7,629 nt of DNA, taken from Prasinococcaceae sp. CCMP 1430. Its lineage: Eukaryota > Plantae > Prasinodermophyta. The stretch's first letter is position 1, and each line of letters begins with the position of its first letter. The translations under genes were made by a program, and so were the position numbers. The DNA lies in contig RQSC01001374.1 of assembly GCA_013416795.1 (NCBI GenBank), positions 1 through 7,629 on the forward strand, written 5' to 3'. The notes below the pieces were generated by a model. That model ran no database searches and was not told the origin of the DNA. It was given only the letters and a program-made list of their open reading frames with translations. Shown one piece after another: positions 6,201 to 7,629 of this stretch.

Positions 6201-7629
6201 TGGTGGTCGAGGTGGCGTTGGTGGTGGAAGAGATGCGGAGGTCTGTGCCGACTCGAAGTTGTTTCGCGACACCCAGTCCGCCGGCAACGACGACCGCACC
6301 GGTGGTTGTGCTGGTCGCGTCGGTCGTGGAGGCGACCGAGAGCACACCTCCGACCGTGGCGTTCGCGCCGACGGCAAGGCCTCCTGATGCGACCAGGGCT
6401 CCGGTGGAGGTCGATGTGCTTTGAGTAGCGTCGGTGGTCTTGACGGCGACCGAGAGGTTTGGCAGGAGGGCGGCGACACGGGCGTCGACCGCATCGGACA
6501 GGTCGGTGACGTCGGCGGCGACATGAGAATGGGAAGAGATTGCGGTGTCGTGTTGGGATTTGGTGACCGGATGAAGGTCAGCCGTGGCGTCACCCGCCAA
6601 AACCAAGGCACCGGTTAGCGTCCCGCCGGCAAGATCGAGTTTGAGGGCGGCGGCCGTGTCTACGTACGATTGAGTGGCGAGTTGGGTGGGTCCGAAGATG
6701 TCGCCCGCTACACGGACGTCTCCCCCGACGCCAACGCCGCCCGTGACCGTCAGGGCCCCGGTAGAGGTGGATGTGGTGGCGGTAGTGTCAGTGATAGAGA
6801 GAGGAGTGGTGATCGCGGACCCGCCGAATTGCAGGCCGCTGATGGCCGTGGTGACGTAACCCTGGGTCGCTAGCTGCGACCCATTGGCGTAATACTGGCC
6901 CGAGGCCCGAACGTCGCCCCCGACGCCGACGCCGCCGCCGACGACCAGAGACCCGGTGGTGATCGAGGTAGATGCGGTGGTCGACGTGGTCTTGATGGCT
7001 GTCGACAGTGACCCGACGTCCGCGGCGACACGGGCATCGACGGCCGTATTTAAGTCGGTAATCGCCGTGGACGCATGGGTATGTGAGGACACGACAGAGT
7101 CGAGTTGTTGCTTGGGAACGGCGTGGAGAGCAGAAGTAGCGTTACCCGCAAGGGTCAAGGATCCTGAAAGGGTGCCACCAGCCAGTGGTAACAGAAGGTC
7201 GTCCTGGTCATCGACGTACGAGCGGGTTGCTAGTTTCAGCGCGCCCCCGGTGACATAAGCATCGCCACCAACAACCAGGTCGCCACCAACACCAAGACCA
7301 CCGCCAAGCACCACGGACCCTGTGGTCGTCGAAGTGGCTGAGGTGGTGTTGCTAACGACGAGCCGCCCCCCGACTTCCAATGCACCACCAACGCCCATAC
7401 CACCAACTGTCGTCAGAGCTCCCGTGGTGGTGGAAGTGGAGGCGGTGGAATCGGTGACATGGATTGGGACAGCAAGAGACTGCACGGCAACAGCGGTCCG
7501 AGCATCGACGGCATCGCTAAGGCCGACGACCTTGGTAGGTAAATGGGTGTGATCGGAAGGGGCGATGTTGGCTGCTATCCATTCTCGGGTCGAAACCTGC
7601 TCGGCACCGATGTAACAGGCGGCGCCTGC
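1..7629 (-). CDS. Giant fibre/adhesin-like protein, internal fragment (at least 2543 aa, both ends outside the window): repetitive tail-fibre shaft, Fn3-like domain and tandem discoidin-like domains
   Basis: Hand translation of the reverse complement from 7629 gives no stop codon down to base 1 (AGAACYIGAEQVSTREWIAA...VPTAWHLTGSYTLN). The protein is coherent, repetitive and T/S/G/A/V-rich, with mostly C/G at third codon positions. No minus-strand ORF in the supplied track uses this frame, which fits the frame never closing. Confidence 0.97.
158..181. repeat. Perfect 12-bp tandem duplication (in frame, QAYT-QAYT)
   Basis: gtgtacgcctga occurs at 158-169 and again at 170-181. Confidence 0.95.
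298..756 (-). other. Discoidin-like domain D5
   Basis: EPNYN...TGSII...PF...TNSW...HYIGYTFTEPVVLNRYLL...DLHT...FTNTTAYKTYKF...TDLIMYKK. Confidence 0.72.
757..1221 (-). other. Discoidin-like domain D4 (preceded by a 29-aa linker at 1222-1308)
   Basis: VVPALTSN...IWKPF...VW...KYIGYRFNTPVVVNG...YSVYGFN...LLMT...FDNRIAFNGYKFVV...NQLWFYQR. Confidence 0.7.
1309..1785 (-). other. Discoidin-like domain D3
   Basis: GTVIYSSYQAGYEPWRAFD...GWTAANGSTYTEYLGFEYTYPVCVVRYMIQP...PLGWHLTGSD...TLHT...SNSTYFKVYRIRI...NKLQFYTL. Confidence 0.78.
1786..2238 (-). other. Discoidin-like domain D2
   Basis: EPSFN...TGSII...FAFND...NSW...QYIGYIFNKPTLVTRYAV...FHLTGANGGSETTLHT...SNTAVYTTFKL...YFQLFRR has the same motif order as D1. 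Confidence 0.72.
2239..2688 (-). other. Discoidin/F5-8 type C-like domain D1
   Basis: PLIETLTS...YKAFDGDRATAWVP...HYVGYQFTTAKTVRRYYF...NWRLFATN...LLHT...NTTAYLVYYLVV...QALQFYES carries the AFDG-x4-W and final Q-F-Y hallmarks of the galactose-binding-like jelly roll. Confidence 0.8.
2863..3168 (-). other. Fibronectin type III-like domain (about 102 aa)
   Basis: APTNASPADAST...YVQFQLSFSTDFTSPLW...ALVSGSTYYWRGQY...GGWSTPTSAAWTT matches the microbial Fn3 pattern P-x3-SP...Q-x-S-x3-F-x-S...L-x-x-G-x-x-YYWR...WS...(F/W)TT. Confidence 0.75.
3601..3939 (-). other. Unique beta-rich insert B within the shaft (about 113 aa)
   Basis: SDKAIYTNTTNRLG...ASPTFTTRSNGVRLILYPNLSGSSVDYALGVNGAGTWYSVSTTSASHQFYHGTTSTMTIGNSQLLL is non-repetitive and flanked on both sides by STSTG repeats. 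Confidence 0.6.
4048..4341 (-). other. Unique beta-rich insert A within the shaft (about 98 aa)
   Basis: AGLIIDPDNTGSTVTGRALTVRG...ILSLRSSNSIWDFVNDPTSARFVLQQSSSGGAWMSVANTSGSTRIL interrupts the repeat pattern and has alternating hydrophobic strands with aromatic residues. Confidence 0.6.
5173..7551 (-). repeat. Six His-x-His 'phage tail repeat'-like motifs marking super-repeat units
   Basis: HTH 7551-7543, HTH 7083-7075, HSH 6531-6523, HTH 5964-5956, HTH 5388-5380 and HTH 5181-5173. Each is followed by x4-(I/V)-x-(D/G)-(L/F)-x-x-(A/T)-V-(D/A)-A-(R/Q), which resembles the PTR-type (Pfam PF12789) phage tail repeat. Family assignment is from recall; no HMM was run. Confidence 0.8.

Larger units (their letters stand above)
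3181..7629 (-). repeat. Repetitive fibre shaft region (aa 1-1483 of the fragment)
   Basis: 18 copies of about T-x-S-T-S-T-(S/T)-T-G-(A/S)-L-x-V-x-G-G-(L/V/I/M)-G-V-(G/A), e.g. STSTTTGALTTVGGMGVGG and STSTSTGSLIVSGGLGVAG. About 11 neck-like motifs (LATRSYVD, LATQSYVD, LATKSYVD, LVTKTYVD, AATKQYVD). Recurrent KSGGTMTGALVL / AKAGDTMTGALTLSADPTANLHAATKQYVD segments, as seen in trimeric phage tail fibres. Confidence 0.9.

Noticed and set aside
5173-7551. 'HTH' as a helix-turn-helix DNA-binding element
   Set aside because: These are literal His-Thr-His tripeptides in fibre repeats and are unrelated to the helix-turn-helix fold.
1-7629. About 38 N-x-S/T sequons (hand count) as a sign of a eukaryotic-virus glycoprotein
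   Set aside because: The protein is very Ser/Thr-rich, so many sequons are expected by chance. I could not show enrichment, so this is not usable as evidence of origin.
3181-7629. CRISPR array, ice-nucleation protein or collagen-like repeat
   Set aside because: The repeats are degenerate at DNA level, coding and irregularly spaced. There is no AGYGSTxT octamer periodicity and no Gly-X-Y run.

Overview
The whole 7629-nt window is an internal fragment of one giant minus-strand gene. I translated the frame starting at 7629 by hand: it is open for all 2543 codons, with neither the gene's start nor its stop in the window. The supplied ORF track omits it, probably because it has no stop here, and the ORFs it lists are antisense or off-frame shadows. 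The protein looks like a virion fibre or adhesin. From N to C it has (i) a shaft of at least 1483 aa (7629-3181) built from phage tail-fibre-type motifs: 18 'STSTSTGALVVxGGLGVG' repeats, about 11 'LATxxYVD' necks, 'KxGGTMTGxLxL' segments and six His-x-His motifs, plus two unique inserts; (ii) one fibronectin-III-like domain; (iii) a short 'WFDA' segment; and (iv) at least six tandem, divergent discoidin/F5-8C (CBM32-like) domains arranged as an apparent ABC-ABC triplet duplication that runs off the window. A viral origin (large dsDNA virus or phage, possibly endogenised) is likely but cannot be settled from this window. I found no RNA genes, CRISPR arrays, mobile elements or regulatory sites.
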